A stretch of 51,645 bases of DNA from Treponema sp. GTDB taxonomy: Bacteria > Spirochaetota > Spirochaetia > Treponematales > Breznakiellaceae. A model generated the notes under the pieces. That model ran no database searches. It was not told the origin of the DNA and saw only the letters and a program-made list of their open reading frames with translations. Shown here piece after piece: positions 36,153-45,871 of this stretch; position 1 is the first letter of the stretch; every line of letters starts with the position of its first letter. Position numbers and translations under genes: made by a program. The DNA is taken from positions 1-51,645 of the forward strand of contig JAIRQD010000028.1 in assembly GCA_031256655.1 (NCBI GenBank), in the 5' to 3' direction.

Positions 36153-37847
36153 TTAGCGCTCCAGTTTACGGTATACATGACGATGAGGTCTGTCGGCGGC
36201 GGCTCCCATTTTCTCTCGCCGCCACTGGGCATACTCAGACCAATTTCCGTCATACCAAACAACCTCACCGTCTTCAAATGCCAAAATGTGTGTGACAACC
36301 CTATCCAAAAACCAGCGATCGTGGCTTATCACCAAACTAACGCCGGCAAATGTGTCAATTGCATCCTCAAGCGCCCGCAGGGTATTTACATCCAGGTCGT
36401 TTGTGGGCTCATCCAAAAGAAGCACGTTAGCGCCTTCTTTAAGCATAAGGGCAAGGTTAAGCCTGTTACGCTCGCCGCCTGAAAGCACGCCCACCTTTTT
36501 CTGCTGGTCGCCGCCTGAAAAGTTGTACCACGCACAATAAGCGCGGGAGTTTATTTCTTTGCCGCCAAGCTTTATCAAATCAAGGCCGTCTGAAAGCTGC
36601 TCCCACACAGTTTTTTCGCTGTCAAGCCTTTCCCGCATCTGATCAGCCCACGAAAGCTTTACGCTATCACCAATCCGCAAGGAGCCTGAATCTGCCTTTT
36701 CATCCCCGGCAATGATTTTGAAAAGCGTCGTTTTTCCGGCACCGTTTGGCCCGATAATGCCGACACAGGCTCCGGGCGGCACGGTAAAATCAAGGTTGTC
36801 AAAAAGCAGGCGATCCCCGTAGGATTTTGCAAGCCCCTTTGCCTCAATAACCAATTGCCCAAGGCGCGGACCCGCGGGAATTGTGATTTTGCTTTCTTTT
36901 ATCTTTTCCCGCTCATCATCAAGAAAAAGTTTTTCGTATTGAGTAATGCGCGCCTTGCTTTTTGCGTGGCGGCCTTTGGGACTCATGCGTATCCATTCAA
37001 GTTCCCGCTGCAACTGCTTGCGCCGGTCGCTTTCGGCTTTTTCTTCCTGGGCAAGACGCTGTTCCTTCTGCTCAAGCCACGAAGAATAATTCCCTTTCCA
37101 TGGAATTCCTTCCCCGCGGTCAAGTTCCAAAATCCAGCCTGCAACATTGTCCAAAAAATAGCGGTCGTGCGTGACGGCGATTATCGTGCCTGCGTAATCC
37201 TGCAAATGCCGCTCAAGCCAGGCAACTGTTTCAGCGTCCAGGTGGTTTGTCGGCTCATCAAGAAGCAAAATGTCAGGCTTTTTTAAAAGCAGCCTGCACA
37301 GTGCGACACGGCGTTTTTCGCCCCCCGAAAGATGGTCAATCGCTTGCTCGGCGGGCGGACAGCGCAACGCTTCCATTGCAAGTTCAAGGCGGCTGTCCAG
37401 ATTCCAGCCGTCAGCGGCCTCGATTTTCTCCTGCAACTCAGCCTGCTTTGCGCCAAGTTTATCGTAATCCGCATCAGGGTCGGCAAACGCTTCACTTACC
37501 TTGTCGAATTCCGCCAAAAGGTCAACCAGATTCTGGACGCCCTCAGAGACTATTTCTTTAACGGTTTTTCCCGGTTCCAAATGCGGCTCTTGCTCAAGAT
37601 AACCGATTGTGTAACCCGGGCTTATGGAAGTTTCCCCTGTAAACTCACTATCAACACCTGAAAGTATATTCAGGAGGCTTGATTTACCTGAACCGTTAAG
37701 ACCGAGCACGCCAATTTTTGCGCCGTAGAAATAGGAAAGGTTTATGTCTTTTAAAACCTGTTTGGTGCCGTGCTTCTTTGAAACCCGGTACATGGAGTAA
37801 ATTACTTTCTTGTCATCAACTGTGGGCATATCACAATAGTAACTCAT
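36153..37847 (-). CDS. ettA: ABC-F ATPase, energy-dependent translational throttle EttA-like
   Basis: VIYSMYRVSKKHGTKQVLKDINLSYFYGAKIGVLGLNGSGKSSLL is close to the EttA N-terminus. Two ABC cassettes (LSGGEKRR, LSGGERNR). The start is 37847 or 37829. Confidence 0.85.
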   Translation of the reverse strand: MSYYCDMPTVDDKKVIYSMYRVSKKHGTKQVLKDINLSYFYGAKIGVLGLNGSGKSSLLNILSGVDSEFTGETSISPGYTIGYLEQEPHLEPGKTVKEIVSEGVQNLVDLLAEFDKVSEAFADPDADYDKLGAKQAELQEKIEAADGWNLDSRLELAMEALRCPPAEQAIDHLSGGEKRRVALCRLLLKKPDILLLDEPTNHLDAETVAWLERHLQDYAGTIIAVTHDRYFLDNVAGWILELDRGEGIPWKGNYSSWLEQKEQRLAQEEKAESDRRKQLQRELEWIRMSPKGRHAKSKARITQYEKLFLDDEREKIKESKITIPAGPRLGQLVIEAKGLAKSYGDRLLFDNLDFTVPPGACVGIIGPNGAGKTTLFKIIAGDEKADSGSLRIGDSVKLSWADQMRERLDSEKTVWEQLSDGLDLIKLGGKEINSRAYCAWYNFSGGDQQKKVGVLSGGERNRLNLALMLKEGANVLLLDEPTNDLDVNTLRALEDAIDTFAGVSLVISHDRWFLDRVVTHILAFEDGEVVWYDGNWSEYAQWRREKMGAAADRPHRHVYRKLER

Positions 37848-37875
37848 AACGCGCAAAGAAAATAGATGCGCGTGA

Positions 37876-39009
37876 TTATTTTTTTTGCACAAAAAGAAGA
37901 GCACAGAAAAACGCGGTCAAAGGCATGGCAAACAAAATACCAAGAATCCCCGACAGAGCTTTAAGAATTTCTACAACGATCATTTCGCTGTTAAGCAGGC
38001 TGAAAAGGGAACCTGAAAACACTGTAATAAGCAAAATCACCGATAAAGATGTGCCTATGTACGCAAGCACAAGCGTGTTTGCCATGCTTCCCATGATGTC
38101 GCGCCCAATGGAAATGCCTGATCGATACAGGGTTTCAAACGTAATAAAACGGGCTTTTTCTTTTATTTCCCAAAGCGAAGATGCTATCGACAATGCAACG
38201 TCCATTATCGCTCCCATCGCGCCGATGATGATGCCTGCAAAAATGATTGCGCGCAGATTTATCGAAACGCCTCCGGGAAGGGCGGTGAGAAAGCGCGAAT
38301 GTTCATCGACAACGCCGGTTAAATACAATGCGCCGTCCATGATTAACGCGATAATTCCTGTTACCGCAAGTCCGCCGGCGCAGCCAACCGCCGCCGCAAG
38401 CGCTTTTTTGTTAAAGCCGACGACCAAGAGCAGCGTCATTGTTATTACATAGGCGCAGACCAAAAGTGCCATGATGTAAATGTTTGCACCTGAAAGTATC
38501 GCGGGGATAAAAACACCAAACACCGCGGCGCAGGTGAAGGCGAGGGAAAGGAGGGTGTTAAATCCTTTTTTGCCGCCGAACAGCAAAACGCAGAGGGTAA
38601 AAAGGGACGCAAGCAAAAGCAGCCTGTTTGTCCGCAAATGTCCGTCAAAAAACCATTCGTTTATACCTTCGCTGTAAAACAGTAAAACCCTGTCGCCGGG
38701 CTGCACTTCCCGTACGGCGGCAAGGGAAAAATCACCCAAGGCTTGCGAAGCCGTAACGATTCTGCCACGTTTTTGCCCTTGGGTAATTTCAGCGCGGAAA
38801 ACAAGTATGTAACCGTGAAAATAAGCGAAGTCATCAAAGCCGTACGGTTCGGTACGCTCAATAACATCCATCACCGTAGCCCGAACCGTGTCCAAAGAAG
38901 CGTCATGAAAAAGAGACGCATCAGTGACCGCAATTCTGTTCCCGACCCAAACACACAAAAGCGCAATGAGAACGGTTACCGTGTAAGGAATATTCAACCG
39001 CTCTGTCAT
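37876..39009 (-). CDS. YibE/F family membrane protein
   Basis: An N-terminal TM plus extracytoplasmic domain is followed by a multi-TM core, which fits the family pattern. Confidence 0.6.
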   Translation of the reverse strand: MTERLNIPYTVTVLIALLCVWVGNRIAVTDASLFHDASLDTVRATVMDVIERTEPYGFDDFAYFHGYILVFRAEITQGQKRGRIVTASQALGDFSLAAVREVQPGDRVLLFYSEGINEWFFDGHLRTNRLLLLASLFTLCVLLFGGKKGFNTLLSLAFTCAAVFGVFIPAILSGANIYIMALLVCAYVITMTLLLVVGFNKKALAAAVGCAGGLAVTGIIALIMDGALYLTGVVDEHSRFLTALPGGVSINLRAIIFAGIIIGAMGAIMDVALSIASSLWEIKEKARFITFETLYRSGISIGRDIMGSMANTLVLAYIGTSLSVILLITVFSGSLFSLLNSEMIVVEILKALSGILGILFAMPLTAFFCALLFVQKK

Positions 39010-39018
39010 TCTGCCTGC

Positions 39019-39909
39019 CTACAAAAGCCCTTCAAGCTCTTCGGCGCGATCAGAAAAGCCTATGGCGCGGTAAATTTCTGCGGCGCGCCGGCGGGCGGCG
39101 CTGGCATCTTCGGCGCGCCCGGCTCTCTCGTACACCTCGCCCATCGCGTGCCAGCTTGAGGCAAGCCCAAAGCCGTTTTCGGCGCGGCGGTCAAACGTTA
39201 TTGAAGTGCGCAGCGCTCCCAGCGCCGCATTGTAATTTCCCGACAGGGAACGGATGGAGGCGATTACAAACCACGCAAAAGCCGCATCTTCCAGAAAGCG
39301 CCCCCGCTCATAAATACGCAATGCACGTACGGCGGCGTTCTCCGCATCCGCCCAGCGCTGCAACTGCTTTTCGACAAAGGCAAGCGTAATATACCCTGAA
39401 GCAAGGGCAAGCTGGTCTGATCTGACCAAGGCGATTTCGCGAAGAATTTGCGCTCGCATTTCTTCCGCTGATGCATCCGCCTGGGCGGCCATTTGAGCGG
39501 AAAGCAAAACGAGGCGGGAACGAAGCGAGTACAACCTGGCGCGGGCTGCAAGCAGCGGCAAGCCTGATAAATCCCCCTCGCTGGCGGCACTTTCCCACGC
39601 CGCCTGAGCTTCCTCGAAAAGCTCAAGGGAAAAAAGAATGTTCCCCCGGCTTATAACGATATTCACCCGCAAAATAGGATCATCAGCAGACACCGCCAAA
39701 AGCCACGCATCATCAAGAATAAAAAGCGCATCGGTAAAGCGCCCTTGCGAGGCGTTCAGGTTCGCCAACTCCAACTGGCTTGCCGCCATATTACGTATGG
39801 AAAAAGCCTCGTTTGACCGCCTTGGCGCGGTGGAACAGGCAGAAAAAAACACGGCGGCAAAAAAGACGGCAAGGAAAACCGGCAAGCGGCAAAGGGGATA
39901 TTTTCTCAT
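39019..39909 (-). CDS. TPR-like lipoprotein
   Basis: VFFSAC lipobox. TPR-like helices (GNYNAALGALRTSITF, AMGEVYERAGRAEDA). Confidence 0.6.
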   Translation of the reverse strand: MRKYPLCRLPVFLAVFFAAVFFSACSTAPRRSNEAFSIRNMAASQLELANLNASQGRFTDALFILDDAWLLAVSADDPILRVNIVISRGNILFSLELFEEAQAAWESAASEGDLSGLPLLAARARLYSLRSRLVLLSAQMAAQADASAEEMRAQILREIALVRSDQLALASGYITLAFVEKQLQRWADAENAAVRALRIYERGRFLEDAAFAWFVIASIRSLSGNYNAALGALRTSITFDRRAENGFGLASSWHAMGEVYERAGRAEDASAARRRAAEIYRAIGFSDRAEELEGLL

Positions 39910-39970
39910 TATTCACATCCTGTTTGGAAAATTATAATACACTCATGTACAGCCGGCAACAAGCTCAATT

Positions 39971-40939
39971 TCAAAACCTGATATTCCTCGGTCTCATCCC
40001 CCCACTTGTAGCCTCCTGCCGTTCGGGAACACCCCGCCTAAGCAGGGGGTTGTTTGTAAGGGCAATCAGCACATCTTCGGCATACCTGACCGTTCCCCGC
40101 AGATCCATGATAAGCCCCGCAAGCTGGGGAAGCTGGGCGGGAACAAAGGCTGTCGCACGGTCAAGGTTTTCAAGTATCGAAGAAATGTGGTACAGGGAAA
40201 CCATCAGACTTGTGTACACTTCCCCTTCCGCATCAAGGGTTGTGAAAAGCAGACCTGAAGGGTCGGCAAGCTCTTGCGTTATCGCTCCTATATCGCTTAT
40301 GACAGGATCAAGCCCCGCGGCAAGCGCGCTTATGCCGTCAATCGTTGTTTGCAGGCTTGAAACAAGCCTTCCGACTTCGGTGGCGTCCGTTCCCGCCCCG
40401 AACGCCTCGTTTACTTGAAAAAGCGTAAGGTGCGCTTCATCAAGCACAGCTATTACCCGGCTCATGATAAGGGAAATGCTGTCTTCCTTTTCAGGCAGGT
40501 TGGCAATCCCCATCTGGATCATTTGCTGTGCCTGTGCCGAGCCGACTATGGGGATAAAGTCGCCTTGGGAAAGCGGTTCTCCCCTGCCTGAGTGGAAAAT
40601 AAACTGGTTACCAAGCCCGATTGGGCTTGTCACAACTTCCACCATAGAACCCATACGTGCCCTGCTTATGTATTCCTCAAAGATAGAGAAAATAACCTTA
40701 ACTTCATCGGCATCAGTAAGGTGGAAGTCTTGTATTGTCCCGATGGTAAAACCGCGGTACTGAACCGCCATGTTCCTGCTCAAGCCGGCTGCCGAAGAAA
40801 GCGAGGTTTGAAAGGACACATCGGCGGCAAACCACCGTTGTGTCCGCCCAAGCGTCATTGTAACAAACACCAGCACCAAAAGTGACAGGACAACGAAAAA
40901 GCCGACAATCTGATCGGCATAGCGAATTTTGAACTTCAT
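39971..40939 (-). CDS. MlaD/MCE-domain protein
   Basis: N-terminal TM, an MCE beta-barrel (VQYRGFTIGTIQDF), and a long helical tail. Confidence 0.75.
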   Translation of the reverse strand: MKFKIRYADQIVGFFVVLSLLVLVFVTMTLGRTQRWFAADVSFQTSLSSAAGLSRNMAVQYRGFTIGTIQDFHLTDADEVKVIFSIFEEYISRARMGSMVEVVTSPIGLGNQFIFHSGRGEPLSQGDFIPIVGSAQAQQMIQMGIANLPEKEDSISLIMSRVIAVLDEAHLTLFQVNEAFGAGTDATEVGRLVSSLQTTIDGISALAAGLDPVISDIGAITQELADPSGLLFTTLDAEGEVYTSLMVSLYHISSILENLDRATAFVPAQLPQLAGLIMDLRGTVRYAEDVLIALTNNPLLRRGVPERQEATSGGMRPRNIRF

Positions 40940-41685
40940 TTTAGCTTACCCTCATGATGAAATTCCCTTTCAATATGGTGTGCCAAGTCCTCATCACTTT
41001 CTATCTGGTCTTTTGTGAAAGATCGAAATATCTTCCCGTCAAGAATCATGACTATATAATCGGCAATTATGCGCACGATGTGAAAATCGTGGCTTACAAA
41101 GATTGCTGTCTTTCCCTCATCGCAGTGGTGCTGCACAATGTTAATGAGCCTGTGCGCAGTAGAATCATCAACCGATTCTGTCCACTCATCCAGAAACAAA
41201 ATACGCGGCTGGCACATCATGGCGCGGGCAAAGGCAATCAGTTTCTGCTCGCCCATCGAAAGCTGTGCCGGGCGCAGTGAAAGCGTTCTGCGGTAACCAA
41301 CTTCGGCAAGCACAGCGCGAATGCGGCGTTCCCGTTCGGCGCTTTGCATCGCAGGAAAATGAATGCGCAAAGGCAGCTCCAAAATTTGATACAGGTTTTG
41401 GTTTGCCCAAAGCGCGGAGTCCTGAAAGATCATCGCAGCCTCTTTTCTGAAGGCAAGATTCTCCTGGCGGCTCATGGAAAGCACATCTTTCCCCCGAAAA
41501 CTCACCCTTCCCCCGGTGGGAAGCAAAAGCCCCGCGGCAAGTTTTAGAACCGTGCTTTTGCCGCATCCGGAAGATCCCACAAGCGCTGTGGCTTTGCCTT
41601 CTTCGAATGTGAACGACACCCCGCGAACAATGTCCTGATTTTGAGCGGAAAATGATACGTTATCAAGTTCGATAATGCCTGCCAT
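40936..41685 (-). CDS. ABC transporter ATP-binding protein (MlaF-like)
   Basis: Walker A GSSGCGKST, signature LSMGEQK, Walker B ILFLDE. 4-nt overlap with mlaD. Confidence 0.85.
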   Translation of the reverse strand: MAGIIELDNVSFSAQNQDIVRGVSFTFEEGKATALVGSSGCGKSTVLKLAAGLLLPTGGRVSFRGKDVLSMSRQENLAFRKEAAMIFQDSALWANQNLYQILELPLRIHFPAMQSAERERRIRAVLAEVGYRRTLSLRPAQLSMGEQKLIAFARAMMCQPRILFLDEWTESVDDSTAHRLINIVQHHCDEGKTAIFVSHDFHIVRIIADYIVMILDGKIFRSFTKDQIESDEDLAHHIEREFHHEGKLK

Positions 41686-41694
41686 AATCCACCC

Positions 41695-42486
41695 TTAAAC
41701 CTGCATATAATATATCGCGGACAAAATAACGTTGACGATGATGCACCAGCCGAACGCCGCCCCCACCGACTTTAATCCTGCCACAGGAATTTCCGTGCTT
41801 GCCCGCTCCACAGCAAGCCCCCTCGTTATCGCCACTGTGGAAATTATCATGCCAAAGGCAATGCTTTTTACGATGGAAATAACCAAAGTCGGCACAGTAA
41901 GACTTTCCAAAAGCCCGCTGAAGTAAACAGAGGCAGGCAAAGGCGTAAAAAGCTGTACTACAAGAAACGAACCTGCAAGCCCGAATATGCTGAAAAAAAT
42001 GTTCAGCATAAAAAGTGAGATTGTAACACCCAAAAAGCGCGGAACAGCAAGGTATTCGATAGGATCAACACCGACAGAAATATAGGCTTCAACTTCGTGC
42101 GAGATAACCATGCCGGCCATTTCGGTGGCAATTGCCGTTGCCGAGCGGGCGATGATGATGAACGCCACCAAAAGCGGACCAAGTTCCCGCGTGATAATCA
42201 TGATGAGCAGTGAGTAAATGAGGTGTTCCTGAGAAAGCCCGGTAAGAAACGTTACGCCGATAATAGTGACTGCCGCCCCAATGCCGACTGCCAAAAGCGC
42301 CGCAAGCCCAAGCGCCTCCACAAAAGTAAAGAGTATTTGCATGATGAGTATTTTGTATGCCGCCTGCCCGCGGCGCGCAAAACTCCCCACCCCCCTAAGG
42401 ATACGTGCGAAAAACCCCAAGTTATAGAACAAAGATGCAAAAACAACAGGCATTCGTATATATTCCTCTGCACTGAAAGACCGCAT
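41695..42486 (-). CDS. MlaE-family ABC permease
   Basis: MlaE-like TM pattern. The track start at 42519 is TTG. ATGs at 42486 or 42453 give the typical ~255-263 aa. Confidence 0.75.
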   Translation of the reverse strand: MRSFSAEEYIRMPVVFASLFYNLGFFARILRGVGSFARRGQAAYKILIMQILFTFVEALGLAALLAVGIGAAVTIIGVTFLTGLSQEHLIYSLLIMIITRELGPLLVAFIIIARSATAIATEMAGMVISHEVEAYISVGVDPIEYLAVPRFLGVTISLFMLNIFFSIFGLAGSFLVVQLFTPLPASVYFSGLLESLTVPTLVISIVKSIAFGMIISTVAITRGLAVERASTEIPVAGLKSVGAAFGWCIIVNVILSAIYYMQV

Positions 42487-42539
42487 TTCCAAAAACCTGC
42501 AATTCTGAAAACGCCCCAATTTATTTCGTTTCTGTTAAT

Positions 42540-42572
42540 AGTATAACACTTTTTACCATGTTGGCGATACGG
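42540..42572 (-). promoter_or_regulatory. Candidate extended -10 promoter for the mla-led operon
   Basis: TGTTATACT (TGnTATACT) on the minus strand at 42540..42548. The -35 is weak. Confidence 0.35.
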
Positions 42573-42640
42573 CATACCTGCAGGGCTTGGTTTTTATTTC
42601 TGCTTTGTGTTATGGTTAAAACAGCGGTACGGAGGAACTT

Positions 42641-45600
42641 GTGTACAAGAATGTTGATCCAAGGGTGAGTTTTCCAAAACTGGAAGAAGAAGTGCTTTTG
42701 TTCTGGGAAAAAAATAACACTTTCCAGAAATCCATAACACAGCGGGAAGGGGCGCAAGAGTTTGTCTTTTACGATGGCCCTCCCTTTGCCACGGGACTGC
42801 CCCACTTCGGGCATTTTATTCCAAGCACTATCAAAGACATTATTCCCCGTTACCAAACGATGAAAGGGAAACGGGTTGAACGCCGTTTTGGCTGGGATTG
42901 CCACGGTCTTCCCATCGAAAACTTAATCGAAAAAGAATACGGGCTTAATTCCAAAACCGACATCGAAAATTTCGGTATTGACCGCTTTAACGAAGCCTGC
43001 CGCCAGTCGGTTCTGCGTTATGTGAAAGAATGGCGGCAAACCATCACCCGTTTGGGGCGCTGGGTGGATTTTGACAACGACTATAAAACCATGGACAACG
43101 ACTACATGGAAAGCATTTGGTGGGTCGTGAAAACGCTGTGGGAAAAGGGGCTTTTGTACGAAGGTCATTACGTCCTGCCTTATTGCCCGCGCTGCGCCAC
43201 CGTTCTTTCCAATCACGAACTGAACCTCGGCGGTTACCGCGATGTTCACGATCCGTCAATCACCATACGTTTTAAGGTAGATGAAAGCAAAGAACAGGGC
43301 AAGGGCGAAGAAAAGCTGCCTCCCAACACTTATTTGTTGGCGTGGACAACAACGCCGTGGACATTGCCGTCCAACCTTGCCCTGGCTTTAGGTCCTGAAA
43401 TTGACTACGTGTTAATAAAGGAACTTTCAAACCCCGATTCACCAAATCCCAATTATTACATTTTAGCCGAAGCGCGGCTTCCCTCATATTACAAAGATAC
43501 CGCCCTTTACGATATTGTGTGGCGCAAAAAGGGCAAAGAGCTTTCAGGCATTTCGTATGAGCCGCTTTTTCCGTATTTCAAGGACGTGTCAGAAAACGCC
43601 TTTCGCACATACTTGGGCGATTATGTTTCAACCGAAGACGGCACAGGCATAGTGCATACAGCGCCGGGTTTCGGCGAGGATGACGCGCGGCTTTTGAAAG
43701 GTTCAGGCGTTCCAACCGTGTGTCCGATTGATGCCGAATGCCGCTTCACTTCCGAAGTGCCCGATTACGAAGGGCTTTTTGTAAAAGACGCTGACAAAGT
43801 TATAATTGAGCATCTAAAAAAATCAGACGGCAAGCTGGTTAAACGCGACCAGATTCTCCATGCATATCCGCACTGCTGGAGGTGCGAAAGCCCGCTTATT
43901 TACCGCGCGGTAGGTTCCTGGTTTGTCCATGTGGAAAAAATCAAACAGGATATGCTTGATGCCAACAGCCAGATTCACTGGGTGCCTGAACACATAAAAA
44001 CAGGGCGCTTTGGCAAGTGGCTTGAGGGCGCGCGGGATTGGGCTGTCAGCCGCAACCGCTACTGGGGCAATCCCCTGCCAATTTGGAAGTGCGAAGACTG
44101 CGGCAAAGTGCTCTGCGTAGGAAGCCGCGATGAACTTAAATCTTTATCAGGCGTTTATCCTGAAGACCTTCACAAGCAGTTTGTCGATGCCATCACTATT
44201 CCCTGCGCGAAAGCTGGCGGATGTTCCGGGACTATGCGCCGCATCAGCGAAGTGCTTGACTGCTGGTTTGAATCAGGCGCTATGACTTACGCACAAAACC
44301 ACTACCCTTTTAAAAACAAAGAGTTTTTTGAAAACCATTTCCCTGCGGACTTTATAAGCGAAAGTCTTGATCAAACGCGGGGCTGGTTTTACACACTCAC
44401 CGTTCTTGCCGCGGCGCTCTTTAAGCGGCCGGCTTTCAAAAACTGCATCGTTTCAGGAATTGTGCTTGCAAGCGACGGCAGGAAAATGAGTAAAAGCCTA
44501 AGAAATTACACGGATCCCGTTGACGTGATTAACTCCTTCGGGGCGGATGCGGTGCGTCTTTTTCTTGTGCATTCTTCCCTTATAAAAGCTGACGATCTGC
44601 GCTTTAGCGATGACGGGGTAAAGGAAGTGCTTAAAAGCATAATATTGCCCCTGTGGAACGCTTACAGCTTTTTTGTCACTTATGCAAACATCGATAAAAT
44701 TAAACCGTCTGGCCCCCCTGAATCTCCTTCCAATCCGCTTGATAAATGGATACTTTCGGAGGCGGAAAACCTTGTGGAGCAGACAATTGCGGCTCTTGAC
44801 AATTACGATCTCGCCAAAGCCGTTGATCCCATACTTGGGTTTATCGACCTGTTGAATAACTGGTACATCCGCCGTTCCAGAAGACGCTTCTGGAAAAGCT
44901 CCGTTGAAGGTGCTACGGACTCTGACAAAACCGAAGCCTACCAAACCCTTTACAGCGTTCTTAAAACGCTTATTACTGTTGCCTGCCCGTTCATGCCGTT
45001 CACCACTGAGGCCATCTGGCAGAACCTGCGCACAGAGGACGACCCGGAATCTATACATTTGGCGGACTTCCCGACGCCTGATACCAAGTACCGCAACAAG
45101 GATTTGGAGTTCAGAATGGCGGCAGTTCAGCGCGCGGTTGCTGTGGGCAGGGCGCTGCGTTCGCAGTACAACATCAAAATCCGCCAACCGCTTAAATCTG
45201 TGGAACTGGTAACGCGAAAGACCGAAGAAAAAAACGTGCTCCTCGAAATGGAAGACATAATACGCGAGGAGCTTAACGTCAAAAACGTGATCTTCAGGGA
45301 CAACGAGGAAAATCTCGTTGAGTATGAGGCAAAGGCAAACTTCCGCGTTATGGGCAAGGAACTTGGAAAAGACATGAAGGCGGCATCGGATAAAATTGCC
45401 GCATTAAGCCACGATGAAATCAGAAGCATAATCGAAGGAGCGACACTTTCGCTGGACATAGAATCATGCAACGAAGGCGGCTGGAGAACGGTGGACGTTA
45501 CCGCGGAAAAACTTGACATACGGCGCATTGAAAAAGCCAATTTGAAAGTGCAAAACTCTGGCACGTTGACTGTCGGTCTTGACACGGAGATAACAGAGGA

Positions 45601-45871
45601 GCTTTCAAAAGAGGGCGATGTGCGCGATTTGGTGCGCGGTGTGCAAAACGTTCGCAAAGAATCAGGTCTTGAAGTGACTGACCGCATATCGCTTACCATT
45701 GGCGGATCGCCAAAGCTGAAATCGGCGTGGGAAGCTTTTGCCGATTACGTTGCCAGTGAGACGCTTGCGTCCAAAGTTGCGTGGAGCGAGGCCGATCTCA
45801 ATGCCGTAGACGGAACATCGTATATAGAAGCCGGAGATGAAACATGGAAGGTAAAAATTGAAAAAGTATAA
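42641..45871 (+). CDS. ileS: Isoleucine-tRNA ligase, type 2 (eukaryote-like)
   Basis: PHFGH (HIGH motif), KMSKS, 1076 aa. GTG start 5 nt after GGAGG. Confidence 0.95.
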   Translation: MYKNVDPRVSFPKLEEEVLLFWEKNNTFQKSITQREGAQEFVFYDGPPFATGLPHFGHFIPSTIKDIIPRYQTMKGKRVERRFGWDCHGLPIENLIEKEYGLNSKTDIENFGIDRFNEACRQSVLRYVKEWRQTITRLGRWVDFDNDYKTMDNDYMESIWWVVKTLWEKGLLYEGHYVLPYCPRCATVLSNHELNLGGYRDVHDPSITIRFKVDESKEQGKGEEKLPPNTYLLAWTTTPWTLPSNLALALGPEIDYVLIKELSNPDSPNPNYYILAEARLPSYYKDTALYDIVWRKKGKELSGISYEPLFPYFKDVSENAFRTYLGDYVSTEDGTGIVHTAPGFGEDDARLLKGSGVPTVCPIDAECRFTSEVPDYEGLFVKDADKVIIEHLKKSDGKLVKRDQILHAYPHCWRCESPLIYRAVGSWFVHVEKIKQDMLDANSQIHWVPEHIKTGRFGKWLEGARDWAVSRNRYWGNPLPIWKCEDCGKVLCVGSRDELKSLSGVYPEDLHKQFVDAITIPCAKAGGCSGTMRRISEVLDCWFESGAMTYAQNHYPFKNKEFFENHFPADFISESLDQTRGWFYTLTVLAAALFKRPAFKNCIVSGIVLASDGRKMSKSLRNYTDPVDVINSFGADAVRLFLVHSSLIKADDLRFSDDGVKEVLKSIILPLWNAYSFFVTYANIDKIKPSGPPESPSNPLDKWILSEAENLVEQTIAALDNYDLAKAVDPILGFIDLLNNWYIRRSRRRFWKSSVEGATDSDKTEAYQTLYSVLKTLITVACPFMPFTTEAIWQNLRTEDDPESIHLADFPTPDTKYRNKDLEFRMAAVQRAVAVGRALRSQYNIKIRQPLKSVELVTRKTEEKNVLLEMEDIIREELNVKNVIFRDNEENLVEYEAKANFRVMGKELGKDMKAASDKIAALSHDEIRSIIEGATLSLDIESCNEGGWRTVDVTAEKLDIRRIEKANLKVQNSGTLTVGLDTEITEELSKEGDVRDLVRGVQNVRKESGLEVTDRISLTIGGSPKLKSAWEAFADYVASETLASKVAWSEADLNAVDGTSYIEAGDETWKVKIEKV

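Noticed and set aside
37925-38452. 175-aa plus-strand ORF
   Set aside because: It is antisense to the YibE/F membrane gene and has no family features.
39780-40418. 212-aa plus-strand ORF
   Set aside because: It is antisense to the TPR lipoprotein and mlaD genes, and Ser/Arg/Pro-rich.
42520-42640. Possible T-box or riboswitch leader for ileS
   Set aside because: At 121 nt it is too short for a T-box. I saw no specifier or antiterminator architecture and no terminator hairpin.
44498-45699. 229-aa and 190-aa minus-strand ORFs inside ileS
   Set aside because: They are shadow frames of a highly conserved gene. Their Ser/Arg-rich composition reflects antisense of Glu/Asp/Leu codons.
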